Positions 13,770 to 23,634 of a DNA stretch of 64,000 nt are shown here, in pieces. The notes below the pieces were generated by a model that did not search any database, was not told the DNA's origin, and was given only the letters and a program-made list of their open reading frames with translations. Both the position numbers and the translations under genes were made by a program. This DNA is from Candidatus Aminicenantes bacterium. Its GTDB lineage: Bacteria; Acidobacteriota; Aminicenantia; Aminicenantales; UBA8522. Position 1 is the stretch's first letter. Each line of letters starts with the position of its first letter. The stretch is taken from assembly GCA_037444845.1 (NCBI GenBank), contig JBBILQ010000005.1, forward strand, positions 6,185-70,184, given 5' to 3'.

Positions 13770-14432
13770 TCAGGCCTTGGGTTCAAGGTCAGGGTAAAAT
13801 TCATCGGCCGAAGGGCAGACCGTACGCAGGGCGCATTCCGGGCAGCGGGGCTTCCGCGCCTGGCAGACCTTCCGGCCGTGATTGACCAGCATGTAATTGA
13901 AGTCGAGCCAGTCTCTCTTCGGCACAACGGCCAGCAAGTCCCTTTCGATCTTCTCGGGGTCTCTCTCCGAGCTCAGGCCTAGCCTGCCGGAAAGCCTTCG
14001 GACGTGCGTGTCCACAGCGATGCCCTCTGCTTTTCCGTACCCGGAAGACAGGACGATATTGGCTGTCTTCCTGGCCACGCCCGGAATGGTGATAAGGTCC
14101 CCCATCCGGTCGGGGACGCGGCCGCCAAAATCCCCGACGATTTTCTTGGCCGCGGCGATAATGCTCTTGGCTTTGTTGCGGAAAAAACCCGTCGGCCGGA
14201 TGATTTTCTCCAGCTCCTCCCGATCTGCCCGGGCCAGGTCAGCCACAGTCGGATACTTCTTGAATAAAGTCGGCGTGATTTTGTTCACTCGCTCGTCCGT
14301 GCACTGGGCGGCCAGGATCGTGGCGACAAGAATCTCAAGCGGCGTTTCGAAAGTCAGAGCCGTGCGGCTTGCTGGGTATTCTTTTCTAAGTATCTGAATG
14401 ATCTTGCCGACTCTCTTTTCATCCGGTTCCAT
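13770..14432 (-). CDS. nth: Endonuclease III (DNA glycosylase / AP lyase)
   Basis: HhH-GPD fold and a C-terminal 4Fe-4S Cys cluster (CxxxxxxCxxCxxxxxC). The likely ATG is at 14432 (MEPDEKRVGKI), after a GAGGAAG ribosome-binding site. Confidence 0.85.
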   Translation of the reverse strand: MEPDEKRVGKIIQILRKEYPASRTALTFETPLEILVATILAAQCTDERVNKITPTLFKKYPTVADLARADREELEKIIRPTGFFRNKAKSIIAAAKKIVGDFGGRVPDRMGDLITIPGVARKTANIVLSSGYGKAEGIAVDTHVRRLSGRLGLSSERDPEKIERDLLAVVPKRDWLDFNYMLVNHGRKVCQARKPRCPECALRTVCPSADEFYPDLEPKA

Positions 14433-14622
14433 CGTCTTCCTCTGACCTTGCTCCTCATGGACCGCCATGGACAAGAAACTTCAGTTTCTGCTGGAGGACG
14501 ATGTTCTTGACCCGGCCGAGGAGCCCGGCGTAAAAACCTTCTGCTTCGATCTCGGAGCCGATGGCTTCGGCCAGGGCGTCAAAAGGTTTGAGCCTGGCGT
14601 TGAGTGCCAACGTTTCTCCCCA

Positions 14623-15126
14623 TTAGAATTCAACGAATTTTTCTCTGGGAGCGCCGCAGATTGGGCATTTTTCCGGAGCCTCTCCCTCGACCGTGAACCC
14701 GCAAACCGAGCAGACATGGATGGCAATAAAATCCAGGTCCTTGCCCTGATCAACGGCTTCTTTGGCCTTCTTGTAGAGTCCGGCATGGACTTTTTCGGCC
14801 GCCAGAGCGGCGTTAAACCACATCACGGCCGCTTTCTCCCCCTGGCTCTCGGCCACCAGCGTGTAGGCAGGGTACATTTCCTTGACCTCGAAATTCTCGC
14901 CGTCCATGGCCGCTTCAAGGTTGTCGGCTGTCTTTCTGATTCCACTCAGGGTTCGCAAGTGGTTAACGGCATGGACCTGTTCAGCGAAGCTCGTGGCCCG
15001 GAAAAGCCTGGCCACGTTGGCCAGTTTGTCTTTTTCTGCAGCGTCGGAAAAGGCCAGGTATTTTATATGGGCCTGGCTTTCGCCGGCATAGGCATTCTTG
15101 AGGTTCTCCTCCGTCATTTTTTTCAT
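14623..15126 (-). CDS. rbr: Rubrerythrin
   Basis: N-terminal diiron ferritin-like domain and a C-terminal rubredoxin-like CSVCG...CPICG. GGGAGGG ribosome-binding site. Confidence 0.9.
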   Translation of the reverse strand: MKKMTEENLKNAYAGESQAHIKYLAFSDAAEKDKLANVARLFRATSFAEQVHAVNHLRTLSGIRKTADNLEAAMDGENFEVKEMYPAYTLVAESQGEKAAVMWFNAALAAEKVHAGLYKKAKEAVDQGKDLDFIAIHVCSVCGFTVEGEAPEKCPICGAPREKFVEF

Positions 15127-15138
15127 TTGACCCTCCCA

Positions 15139-16044
15139 TTAAATCGCAATCATTTTTTCGATGGCACCTCTGGCCCTCCGGCTGATGTCCGGCGGGACCT
15201 CGACCCGGGACGTCATCTCCTCAAGGGCCTTCCAGACTTTCCTCAGGTTGATTTTTTTCATGTTGGAACAAAGGGCCATCTCTTTGACCGGATAAAATTC
15301 CGGCTTCGGGTTTTCTTTCTTTAGCCTGTAGATGATTCCGGCTTCGGTGCCGACAATGACCTGCTGTCTCGTCGTCTCTCGCGCCGCCTTGACCATCGTG
15401 CCCGTGGACAAGACTTGATCCGCCATGTCGATGACCTCGGGCCGGCATTCAGGATGAACCCAGACCTCGGCGTCAGGGTAAAGACGTTTCTTCTCCAGGA
15501 CGTCTCTGGCATAAATCCGGTTGTGAACATAACAATAGCCATCCCAGGCGATGATCTTTTTGCCCGTCTGGCGGCCCACATAGGCAGCCAGGTTCTTATC
15601 CGGCACAAAAAGAATCTCCTCGTCCGGAACAGAGTTGACGACGCGGACAGCGTTGGACGACGTGCAGCAGACGTCTGATTCGGCCTTGACCTCGGCGGTT
15701 GTGTTGACGTAGCAGACAACCTTCCGGCCTGGATATCTTTTTTTCCAATCCCTGAGCTCCTGGCCGGTAATCATCGCCGCCATCGGGCAGCCAGCCTGGG
15801 GGTCGGGGAGGAGGACGATCTTGCGCGGCGAGAGAATAGCGGCAGTCTCAGCCATGAAATGGACGCCGCAGAACACGATCGTCTCTGCATCGACCCTGGC
15901 CGCTTCCTGGCTTAGCCCGAGTGAATCGCCGGTGAAATCGGCCACATCCTGGACTTCGCCAACCTGGTAGTTATGGGCCAGGATGACGGCCTTTCTTATT
16001 TGTTTGAGCTCCTTGATCCTGGAGACGGTCTCTTCTTTCGTCAT
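15139..16044 (-). CDS. nadA: Quinolinate synthase A
   Basis: 301 aa with the conserved NadA blocks (ILAHNYQ, VFCGVHFMAE, PECRPEV). Confidence 0.9.
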   Translation of the reverse strand: MTKEETVSRIKELKQIRKAVILAHNYQVGEVQDVADFTGDSLGLSQEAARVDAETIVFCGVHFMAETAAILSPRKIVLLPDPQAGCPMAAMITGQELRDWKKRYPGRKVVCYVNTTAEVKAESDVCCTSSNAVRVVNSVPDEEILFVPDKNLAAYVGRQTGKKIIAWDGYCYVHNRIYARDVLEKKRLYPDAEVWVHPECRPEVIDMADQVLSTGTMVKAARETTRQQVIVGTEAGIIYRLKKENPKPEFYPVKEMALCSNMKKINLRKVWKALEEMTSRVEVPPDISRRARGAIEKMIAI

Positions 16045-16105
16045 CGCTAACTCAAGCTCCCCTCAGTCCTTCACCTCTCCCCTTTTTCCAACCGGGAGGG
16101 AGGAT

Positions 16106-16678
16106 TCACATGGGCTCGATTTCAGCCCCGCAATTGATGCACTTATCCCCGGCCTTTTTGGTGAGGGTTCCGCAATGCGGGCACTCCTCGATCTCAACCT
16201 GGCAGCTCTGGCAATACTCTTCCAGGCCCTCGATCGGCCCATCACAGTACGGGCAGTAGCATTTCTCCGCTCCTGAAGAGGCGCCGGCCCCCTCCTCTTT
16301 TTCTGTCACAGCCCGCTTTTTCCTAAAATCTTCGATCGCCGCATGGAGGGCATCTGCTCCCAGGTTCGAGCAGTGAAGCTTGTTCTTGGGCAATCCTCCG
16401 AGCTCTTCGGCCACGGTCTCGTTGGTGATTTTCATCGCCTCGTCCAGCGTTTTGCCAATCGCCATTTCGCTGACCATGCTGGAGACGGCGATAGCCGCGC
16501 CGCAGCCAAACGTCTGGAACTTGATATCCTCGAGCCTGTTGTCTTTGACTTTGATATAGAAGGTCATCATATCGCCGCAAACCGGGTTGCCAACCTGGCC
16601 GACTCCATCGGCCTCCTTGATCACGCCGACGTTGCGGGGATTCTGGAAATGTTCCATGACTTTCTCGCTGTAAATCAT
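16106..16678 (-). CDS. IscU/NifU-type Fe-S scaffold fused to a C-terminal double zinc ribbon
   Basis: The N-terminal 125 aa form the IscU domain (GNPVCGD, FGCGAAIA, HCS). The roughly 60-aa C-terminal extension carries CYCPYC, CQSC, CPHCG and CINCG. Confidence 0.8.
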   Translation of the reverse strand: MIYSEKVMEHFQNPRNVGVIKEADGVGQVGNPVCGDMMTFYIKVKDNRLEDIKFQTFGCGAAIAVSSMVSEMAIGKTLDEAMKITNETVAEELGGLPKNKLHCSNLGADALHAAIEDFRKKRAVTEKEEGAGASSGAEKCYCPYCDGPIEGLEEYCQSCQVEIEECPHCGTLTKKAGDKCINCGAEIEPM

Positions 16679-17856
16679 TTCCTGCTCTCCTTCATGAATT
16701 CTGTGTAGAGCGGCGACATCTTGCGCAGCCTTTCGACAATCGGCGGGAAAACGTCGAGGAGATAATCAATATCCTCTTCTGTCGTGCCGTCGACCATGCT
16801 GAAAACGAGCGACCCCTGGGCCAGGGCATGGTCAATGCCCATAGCCAGGAGGACATGAGACGCTCTGAGCGCTCTCGAGGTGCAGGCCGAGCCGCTCGAT
16901 GCGGCAACGCCCTTCATATCCAGGTTAAGAAGCATAGCCTCGCCTTCGACAAATCGCACACAGAAGCTAGCGTGGTGGGGCAGCCGCTTCTCCCTGTGTC
17001 CGGTGAGGAGGACATGGTCCACGAGCCGCGGCAGCGCGTCGATCAACCGATCGCGAAGCTGTTCCGTTCTCATCATCCGCTCTGGCAGTCCGCTTATGGC
17101 AATTTCCGCTGCTTTGCCCAGGCCGACGATCCCGGCCACGTTCTCCGTGCCGGCACGGCGTCCAGCTTCCTGGATGCCGCCGTCTACGAGAGGCAAGATC
17201 CTCGTCCCCTTCCGGATAAAAAGCGCGGCGCTGCCCTTTGGGCCATAGAACTGGTCACCTGCAAGGCTGAGAGCGTCAACTCCGAGCGCGCCGACATCGA
17301 CCGGAATATTCCCCACGGCGGCCACGGCATCGGTGTGGACTGGAACGCCCGCATCGCGGCACACGCGGGCTATCTCGGCCAAAGGCTCAACCGTCCCCAC
17401 CTCGCTGTTGGCCAGCATGACCGAAACGAGGACAGTCTCTTTCTTGATCGCCCTCTTGACATCCTCCGGGTCGACAAGCCCGTGCCGATCCACGGGGACA
17501 AGAGTCGAGGAGAACCCGAATTTCTCCAGACTCCTGGCTGAAGAAAGAACGGATTGGTGCTCAACGGCCGAAACAACAACATGGTTCCCTTTTTCTCGCC
17601 TGGCCAGCGCTATCCCTTTTACGGCGAAATTATTGGCTTCAGACCCGGAAGCGGTGAAGAAGATTTCCTCGTTTGACGCACCGATGAGCTCCCCGACTTT
17701 TGCTCGCGCCTCCTCCATTGCTTCGAGGGCTTCCTGTCCTTCCGAATGGAGGCTCTGGGGGTTGCCATGCTTTTCCCTTAAAAAGGGCAACATAGTTTCG
17801 ACGACGCGCGGCTCGATAGGCGTGGCCGCTATGTGGTCGAGATAAACTCTTTTCAT
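16675..17856 (-). CDS. nifS: Cysteine desulfurase (NifS/IscS class)
   Basis: 393 aa PLP aminotransferase class V. The active-site region is SGSACTS. ATGA overlap with nifU. Confidence 0.9.
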   Translation of the reverse strand: MKRVYLDHIAATPIEPRVVETMLPFLREKHGNPQSLHSEGQEALEAMEEARAKVGELIGASNEEIFFTASGSEANNFAVKGIALARREKGNHVVVSAVEHQSVLSSARSLEKFGFSSTLVPVDRHGLVDPEDVKRAIKKETVLVSVMLANSEVGTVEPLAEIARVCRDAGVPVHTDAVAAVGNIPVDVGALGVDALSLAGDQFYGPKGSAALFIRKGTRILPLVDGGIQEAGRRAGTENVAGIVGLGKAAEIAISGLPERMMRTEQLRDRLIDALPRLVDHVLLTGHREKRLPHHASFCVRFVEGEAMLLNLDMKGVAASSGSACTSRALRASHVLLAMGIDHALAQGSLVFSMVDGTTEEDIDYLLDVFPPIVERLRKMSPLYTEFMKESRK

Positions 17857-17858
17857 CT

Positions 17859-18080
17859 CTAAACGGCGATGACTTCCTTTACTTCGGGAACTTCCCTTTT
17901 CAGGAGCCTTTCGATCCCCATCTTAAGTGTCATCTGGGACATCGGGCAACCGCCGCAGGCGCCGGTAAGCCTGACCTTGACGACTCCGTCATCCTGGACA
18001 TCGACGAGCTCGACATTCCCGCCGTCGGCCATCAGGGCCGGACGGACTTTATTCAGCGCAGCCTCAACTTTTTCTCTCAT
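17859..18080 (-). CDS. NifU C-terminal / Nfu-type Fe-S cluster carrier domain protein
   Basis: 73 aa with the CGGCPMS motif. Confidence 0.75.
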   Translation of the reverse strand: MREKVEAALNKVRPALMADGGNVELVDVQDDGVVKVRLTGACGGCPMSQMTLKMGIERLLKREVPEVKEVIAV

Positions 18081-18119
18081 CCGTTTCTCCTTTCAGAATC
18101 ATCTATCACTATAGCCTGG

Positions 18120-18980
18120 CTAACGAAAATTTTCCATGATTATTTCGAGTTCTTTCCGGCGAACGGAAAGATCAACGAAAGCGATGGGCTGGTCCGTGTC
18201 GGGGAGGATGAGCTCCTCGTAACTCGGTTTTTCCTCCTCATAGAGGAGCCCGACAGCAATCCTGTCGTCGCGGTTCAGGATTTCCCAGGCTTTACTCTTA
18301 TCCCCGGGGCTGTAATCAGGCTCCTTCTCGATCATAAAGGTATTCTTTTTATACCATTCAAAGGTGTTAAGCTTATTGTAGGTGACACAAGGACTAAGGA
18401 CATCAATGAATGCAAACCCCTTGTGCCTCATCCCTTTCTCGATTAGAAAGGCCAGGTGACCGGCCTCGGCTGAAAACCCGCGGGCGACAAACGTTCCTCT
18501 CGCGGCCAGGGCAAGAACAGGCCCCTCAATCGGAAAATCCTTGGAGCCGAAGGGTGTGGAGATTGTCACCATGCCGAACATCGTTGTTGGCGACATTTGT
18601 CCCTGCGTAAGGGAATAAAGGCGGTTGTTGACCACGATATAGGTAATATCGACGTTCCTTCGTACGGCATGGAGGAAATGTCCGAGCCCTATTGAATAGG
18701 CGTCGCCGTCGCCGCTCACCCCAATAACCGTCAGCTTGGGATTGACCAGCTTGATGCCGGTGGCCACGGGCATGGCCCGGCCATGCAGGCCGTGGAACCC
18801 GTAAGAGTAAAAATAATTATTCATCCGGCCGTGGCAGCCGATTCCGGTGACAACAACCACATCCTCAGGCGCCAGGCCCATGTTTGCTGCCGCCCTCTTC
18901 AGGGCATCGAAGACTCCAAACAGGCCGCAGCCCGGGCACCAGGTGGGATGAGCACGGTGGTAGGTCTGTTTTTTTTTCAT
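18120..18980 (-). CDS. korB: 2-oxoacid:ferredoxin oxidoreductase beta subunit (TPP-binding)
   Basis: WCPGCG motif and the TPP-binding GDGD region. The ATG at 18980 overlaps the korA stop (ATGA). Confidence 0.8.
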   Translation of the reverse strand: MKKKQTYHRAHPTWCPGCGLFGVFDALKRAAANMGLAPEDVVVVTGIGCHGRMNNYFYSYGFHGLHGRAMPVATGIKLVNPKLTVIGVSGDGDAYSIGLGHFLHAVRRNVDITYIVVNNRLYSLTQGQMSPTTMFGMVTISTPFGSKDFPIEGPVLALAARGTFVARGFSAEAGHLAFLIEKGMRHKGFAFIDVLSPCVTYNKLNTFEWYKKNTFMIEKEPDYSPGDKSKAWEILNRDDRIAVGLLYEEEKPSYEELILPDTDQPIAFVDLSVRRKELEIIMENFR

Positions 18981-20719
18981 CGCACGGCTTTTTCCACTTG
19001 TTCGACGACCTCGCGCGGCCTGAAGGACCGCGTCCCGCAACGGAGAATGCTAACCATCTCAGGGAGTGGAATGACCTGACTCCTGATGAGCGTCGCCAGT
19101 TCGGCCGAACAATTATTTTCGATAACAAAAACCCTATCGCACTCGTCCAGGAACCTCTTGACAGCATGAACGGGAAAAGGCCAAAGGGTTCTGAGCTGAA
19201 GGCATTTAGCCTGGACATGTTTTTTTCGAAGCTCGGCCGCTGCTTCAAGGACCGGGCCCAGAGTCGAGCCGGTTGTGATCAACCCTGCGCCGGCTTTTCT
19301 TGACTCCCAGACTCTCGCGCGGGGAAGGTCTTTTGAGGCCTTCTTGAGTTTTTTCATCCTCTTTTCCATCATCCTCATCCTGTTCGATTCGCTCTCGTCC
19401 CGGTAACCGCTTTCGTCATGCTCAAGGCTCTCCACCATATGAAGGCCTTTCCTTGAAGAAGGCAGGGCGCGGGGGGATATTCCGTCGAAAGTGAACTCGT
19501 ACCTTTTGAAATCCTGGATCCCCAGAAGTTGTTCCTGGGTGAGGAGCTTGCCGCGGTCGATCCTGACTCGACTTAGGTCAAACCGAGGCGCAGTCCGGTA
19601 ATCCTGGCCCATGTCCAGCTCTGTCAGGAGCACGACCGGACATTGGTATTTTTCAGCCAGGTTGAAAGCCTCGGTTGTGAGCTCAAAACACTCGCTCAGA
19701 GTCCCGGGCGCAAGGATGATCCGCGCAAACTCGCCATGGGACCCGAAAACCCACTGGAGGATGTCTCCCTGCTGGGTTTTCGTGGGGATGCCTGTAGCCG
19801 GGCCGAGCCTCTGGATATGGGCGATGACGATCGGGATTTCAGCCATTCCGGCCAGACTGAAAGCTTCCATCATCAAGGAAGCACCCGGGCCCGACGTGGC
19901 CGTCATGGCGCGGGCGCCAGCGTAGGCAGCTCCCAGGGCCATGTTCAGAGCGGCAAGCTCGTCCTCGGTCTGGATGACGACGCCGTTAAACTGAGGCATG
20001 TGGCGAGCGAGCCAGTGGGAGATTTCCGAGGCGGGGCAGATGGGATAAGCAGCAAAAAAGCGGCATCCTGCCGCCAAAGCACCGAAAGCGATGGCTTCAT
20101 CACCAGAAAGAAGAAGGCGCTCCCCGTCTTCTTTTCTGGCCAGAGGAAGCCGCTCCCTCGCAAGAGTGATTTCTCTGGCTTTTTCATAGCCATAGGCAGC
20201 CGCCTGGATGTTTTTCTTTTCGACCTCCTCGCCCTTCCGCCTCAAGAACATCTCGGTGATGATTTCTTCGAATAGGGTTGTCTCCAGGTCAAGAAGAAAG
20301 GTGAGGGCTCCCAGGGCAATCATGTTCTTGAAGATTTCATGCCCGAACTTCTCCCTGGCCATGGCTCGGAGGGGAAACTTATGAAACGTCTTTCCTTCGG
20401 CCTGATCTCTTGGCGGCGTCACGACAACTTCGCCATCACAAAGAACAGTACCGCCTGCGGCCATGAGCGGCAGATTATCCAAGATGGCCTCGCAGTCGAA
20501 GGCCAAGAGGATGTTCACGAGATCGCCGGGGCCGTAATTTTCATTCAACGAAGCCCTAATCGTGGTGCGGGTTGGTTCTCCGCGGATATTGGAAGGAAAA
20601 TCCCTGCCGGTGACGACCTCCCAGCCGTGTCGCTTGAGCAACCTGGCCAGAACATTGCCCGTGAAGAGAACACCGTCTCCGGCCTTGCCGGCGATCATCA
20701 CGGACAGGTCTTTAATCAT
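18977..20719 (-). CDS. korA: 2-oxoacid:ferredoxin oxidoreductase alpha subunit, with an N-terminal gamma-like domain
   Basis: 580 aa. The N-terminus resembles the gamma subunit (IAGKAGDGVLFTGNVLA) and is followed by the alpha pyruvate-flavodoxin-oxidoreductase-like domain. Confidence 0.8.
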   Translation of the reverse strand: MIKDLSVMIAGKAGDGVLFTGNVLARLLKRHGWEVVTGRDFPSNIRGEPTRTTIRASLNENYGPGDLVNILLAFDCEAILDNLPLMAAGGTVLCDGEVVVTPPRDQAEGKTFHKFPLRAMAREKFGHEIFKNMIALGALTFLLDLETTLFEEIITEMFLRRKGEEVEKKNIQAAAYGYEKAREITLARERLPLARKEDGERLLLSGDEAIAFGALAAGCRFFAAYPICPASEISHWLARHMPQFNGVVIQTEDELAALNMALGAAYAGARAMTATSGPGASLMMEAFSLAGMAEIPIVIAHIQRLGPATGIPTKTQQGDILQWVFGSHGEFARIILAPGTLSECFELTTEAFNLAEKYQCPVVLLTELDMGQDYRTAPRFDLSRVRIDRGKLLTQEQLLGIQDFKRYEFTFDGISPRALPSSRKGLHMVESLEHDESGYRDESESNRMRMMEKRMKKLKKASKDLPRARVWESRKAGAGLITTGSTLGPVLEAAAELRKKHVQAKCLQLRTLWPFPVHAVKRFLDECDRVFVIENNCSAELATLIRSQVIPLPEMVSILRCGTRSFRPREVVEQVEKAVR

Positions 20720-20924
20720 CTTGGAACCCTAACATTGCCGTCCATCCGGGGAAACGCCGAGGCCTCAAGCTCCCTCCAAGGCGTCGAGCATGGCCTCATT
20801 ATAGTAAAAGTCTACTCTTTTTGTCAGCAAAATACAAGTATTTTTATAGGAATAGTAAGGATTGTGCGGCTTTCCACCCTCTGGCCAACCGGTCAGATCA
20901 GTTCGCGACCGGGGCGCGGCCGAC

Positions 20925-21812
20925 CTAAACCAGCTCCCCCCTCGCGACCAGGATCACCTTGCCCCCGACAAAGATGCCGATTTCTCCAGCTTTGTCCTCA
21001 GCGTTGAGCAGAAGAAGCGACTGCCGGCCGATTTCGTAGCCCTGTTCGACCCGAACGTTAACCAGGGGTGAGCCGAAATACCGGTGCTTGGCCATGTAGC
21101 CAGCAAGACAGCCGTTGGCGCTGCCGGTAGCCGGATCCTCGGGCACACCGTAATAGTCCGCAAACACGCGGACATTGAGGTCATTCTGCGAGCTGTATGT
21201 TTCCGGGCAGAAGACAAGAATTGACTTTGCCTCTGTGCCCTCGATCAGGCTGAAGTATTTCTCAAGGTTGATCCGGCTTCTTTTCACCGAACGGAGTGTC
21301 TTAAGCGGGACGATGATGAAGGGAACGCCGGTGGAGACTTCCTGAATCGGGAACTTTGCGTCGATTTCGCCGGCCTCCAGGCTTATCGCAGAGGCCACCG
21401 CCTCGGCCTCTATCGTTTTTCCAAACCTCGGCTTAATCTGCTTCATCCAGAGAATGTCCGGGACATCACCTCGGTAGGTGAAGGTGACGGGGATAGGGCC
21501 AACCTTGAGGTTGAGGACGACTTCTTTAACCGGAGCCTTGAGGATTTCCTGCTGGATGATGAAGGCTGTGCCCAGAGTCGGATGGCCCGCAAACGGGAGT
21601 TCCTCCTTCGGAGTGAAAATGCGGACGTCGAAACCGCCTCGGTTTTCCTCGTCCCTCAAGATGTACGTCGTCTCTGAAAAGTTGACCTCCCGGGCGATCT
21701 TCTGCATTTCCAGGTCAGAAAGAGAGCCGGCCCGGCGGACAACGGCCAACTCATTTCCGGCATACTTTTCTTCGGCAAACACGTCGACGATGTAGAAAGC
21801 AACGCTTTTCAT
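20925..21812 (-). CDS. PhzF-family isomerase
   Basis: 295 aa with the two-domain DAP-epimerase-like PhzF fold motifs (VDVFA..GN.LAVV). Confidence 0.75.
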   Translation of the reverse strand: MKSVAFYIVDVFAEEKYAGNELAVVRRAGSLSDLEMQKIAREVNFSETTYILRDEENRGGFDVRIFTPKEELPFAGHPTLGTAFIIQQEILKAPVKEVVLNLKVGPIPVTFTYRGDVPDILWMKQIKPRFGKTIEAEAVASAISLEAGEIDAKFPIQEVSTGVPFIIVPLKTLRSVKRSRINLEKYFSLIEGTEAKSILVFCPETYSSQNDLNVRVFADYYGVPEDPATGSANGCLAGYMAKHRYFGSPLVNVRVEQGYEIGRQSLLLLNAEDKAGEIGIFVGGKVILVARGELV

Positions 21813-21844
21813 GGCGGGATGGGTCGGATTTCTGTCAGAACGGC

Positions 21845-22021
21845 CTATTTTTTCCCGGCCGCCCTTTTCATTTTTTTATCGCAGCAGATGAAGACATGCT
21901 CTTCTGCGCAGCCGCAGGCTTCATCGACGATGAGGCGATACCCGCAAACGCCGCATTCGTAGGCGTCCCCCTTTTTTATTTTAGATGTCGGTTTTTTCGC
22001 CGTTTTTGCTTTCGTTGGCAT
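21845..22021 (-). CDS. Small desulforedoxin-like metal-binding protein (58 aa, 6 Cys); absent from the ORF track
   Basis: Read on the minus strand it gives MPTKAKTAKKPTSKIKKGDAYECGVCGYRLIVDEACGCAEEHVFICCDKKMKRAAGKK. A GGAGG ribosome-binding site sits 6 nt before the ATG. The YxCxxCG...CCxxxM spacing resembles the desulforedoxin / Dfx N-terminal domain. Confidence 0.6.
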   Translation of the reverse strand: MPTKAKTAKKPTSKIKKGDAYECGVCGYRLIVDEACGCAEEHVFICCDKKMKRAAGKK

Positions 22022-22128
22022 TCGATACCTCCTTCTTTTGGCGATTTAACTCGGCATGGATATCTTTACCACCAGAGCCTTCCCATGTCAACTTGGGGAC
22101 GGTCCTCCCGGAGGGCCATCCTCCTTTC

Positions 22129-23601
22129 TCACTCCCAGTCAAGGAGCCGTTTCTTCCCTTTGAGCTTGCGGATATCGGTCACATCCTGGCTGACTTCCAA
22201 ACAGCCCTTGTAAACTCCTTTTTCATCGCGAACGGCGAAATACCGGATATGGATGAATCTTTCCTTCGTTTCGATCCAGAATTCGGCGACGTCTCGGCGG
22301 CCTTCCTTAAAAGCGTCGAGGATGCGGTTGACCATGTGAACGCTCGCCGGCGGGTGGCAGTTCTGGACGCGGCGGCCGATGACTCCCGGGCTGCGCGGAA
22401 AGATCCTCTCGGCAGAAGCGGAGTAGTATCGGACCGTGTCATTCTCGTCGACAAAAGTGACATCAACAGGCAGGCTCTTGAGAATGAGATTAATAGCCTC
22501 CGGCGTGAGTGAGCCTGTGTCAAGCTCAACATCCGCCGGCGGACGCCTGTAAGAAGCGAGCGGCGGCCGCCCTTCAGCATGGACAGCCGGCTTCCATTCT
22601 TTCTCTGGCTCAATCCATGCGTATCCGACCTCCCCCTCCCCTTTTTTGACCCTTGCCCAGTCCTCGTCGCTGAGCGTTTCGAGGCTCATCGGAAAGAGGA
22701 TTTTCTCCTCCTTGTAGATCATGTCCGAGATCATCCCGCTCAGGTTGCGGCCGAGAGCGGCGATCTCAACAGCCAGGCCAGAATCGATGAGCCGGCGGAA
22801 CTCGCGGAGCCGAGCCCTGATATCGTCGTGGATGGCCCACATGATTTTAGACGGACCGCTCACTCCCTTTGATTCAAGGAGGGGAAAGAGCTGATTCTCC
22901 TTCTTCAGGTAGTGCTTTTCGACCTCCGCCAGGGTGGCGAGCTGGGAAACGAGGGCGTCTTTATGCTGCTTCAGGCCTGTTTCGCCCTCAGCCTCCACCT
23001 GCCCGAGCAGGTTGCTCCACCCCTCCAGAATCTTTTCGAGCGCCCTGTTTTCCTGCTCTAACGTACGGAGAGGATGACCCGGGACCAAAGACGGAAGCAG
23101 CTGGCTCTCCAGGGATTCCTTGAAAACCTGGACATGGACGTCGCAGAGGCGCTTGACTTCCTCTTCGGGCATTCCCTCGTCAATTAGCTGTTGTTCCATC
23201 TCAGAAATCTCTGTCGGGCTGACATCCTGGATGAGCTCGGCAAAACGCCTCTTCAACTCTTCCCTGTCCCCTCCCTCATGGAGCTCGCGAATAATATCCT
23301 TGAGCACCTCGAGTCTCGCTTCTTTTGAGGCAATCGGTTCGCTCTTCGCCTCGGCCAAGTCCAGTTCTGCCTCCTCCCCGCTCGCTCGCTTGATCTCGGC
23401 TTGAATCTTCTGAAGGAGTTCTGGCAGGGACATGCCCCCGAAACTGGCCGCCTGCTGCAACGTGGCCACTTTGCCGATTGTTTTTCGCATGACCGGACTT
23501 TTCAGCCGGGAGAATTTTGGCGTCAGGCCGACAAGAAAATTTAGGAGAAAAGGATATTTTTTCAACATCTCATCAATCTTCGTCCTGGCAGTAAGCCGCA
23601 T
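22129..23601 (-). CDS. DUF1858-DUF438-hemerythrin-like-PAS multidomain sensor protein
   Basis: 490 aa. The central region is hemerythrin-like (HxxxE/HD patterns) and the C-terminus is PAS-like. AAGGAGAG ribosome-binding site. Confidence 0.6.
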   Translation of the reverse strand: MRLTARTKIDEMLKKYPFLLNFLVGLTPKFSRLKSPVMRKTIGKVATLQQAASFGGMSLPELLQKIQAEIKRASGEEAELDLAEAKSEPIASKEARLEVLKDIIRELHEGGDREELKRRFAELIQDVSPTEISEMEQQLIDEGMPEEEVKRLCDVHVQVFKESLESQLLPSLVPGHPLRTLEQENRALEKILEGWSNLLGQVEAEGETGLKQHKDALVSQLATLAEVEKHYLKKENQLFPLLESKGVSGPSKIMWAIHDDIRARLREFRRLIDSGLAVEIAALGRNLSGMISDMIYKEEKILFPMSLETLSDEDWARVKKGEGEVGYAWIEPEKEWKPAVHAEGRPPLASYRRPPADVELDTGSLTPEAINLILKSLPVDVTFVDENDTVRYYSASAERIFPRSPGVIGRRVQNCHPPASVHMVNRILDAFKEGRRDVAEFWIETKERFIHIRYFAVRDEKGVYKGCLEVSQDVTDIRKLKGKKRLLDWE

Positions 23602-23634
23602 GGTTCTTCTCTCCTTTTCTTAAGTTAGCCGGCT

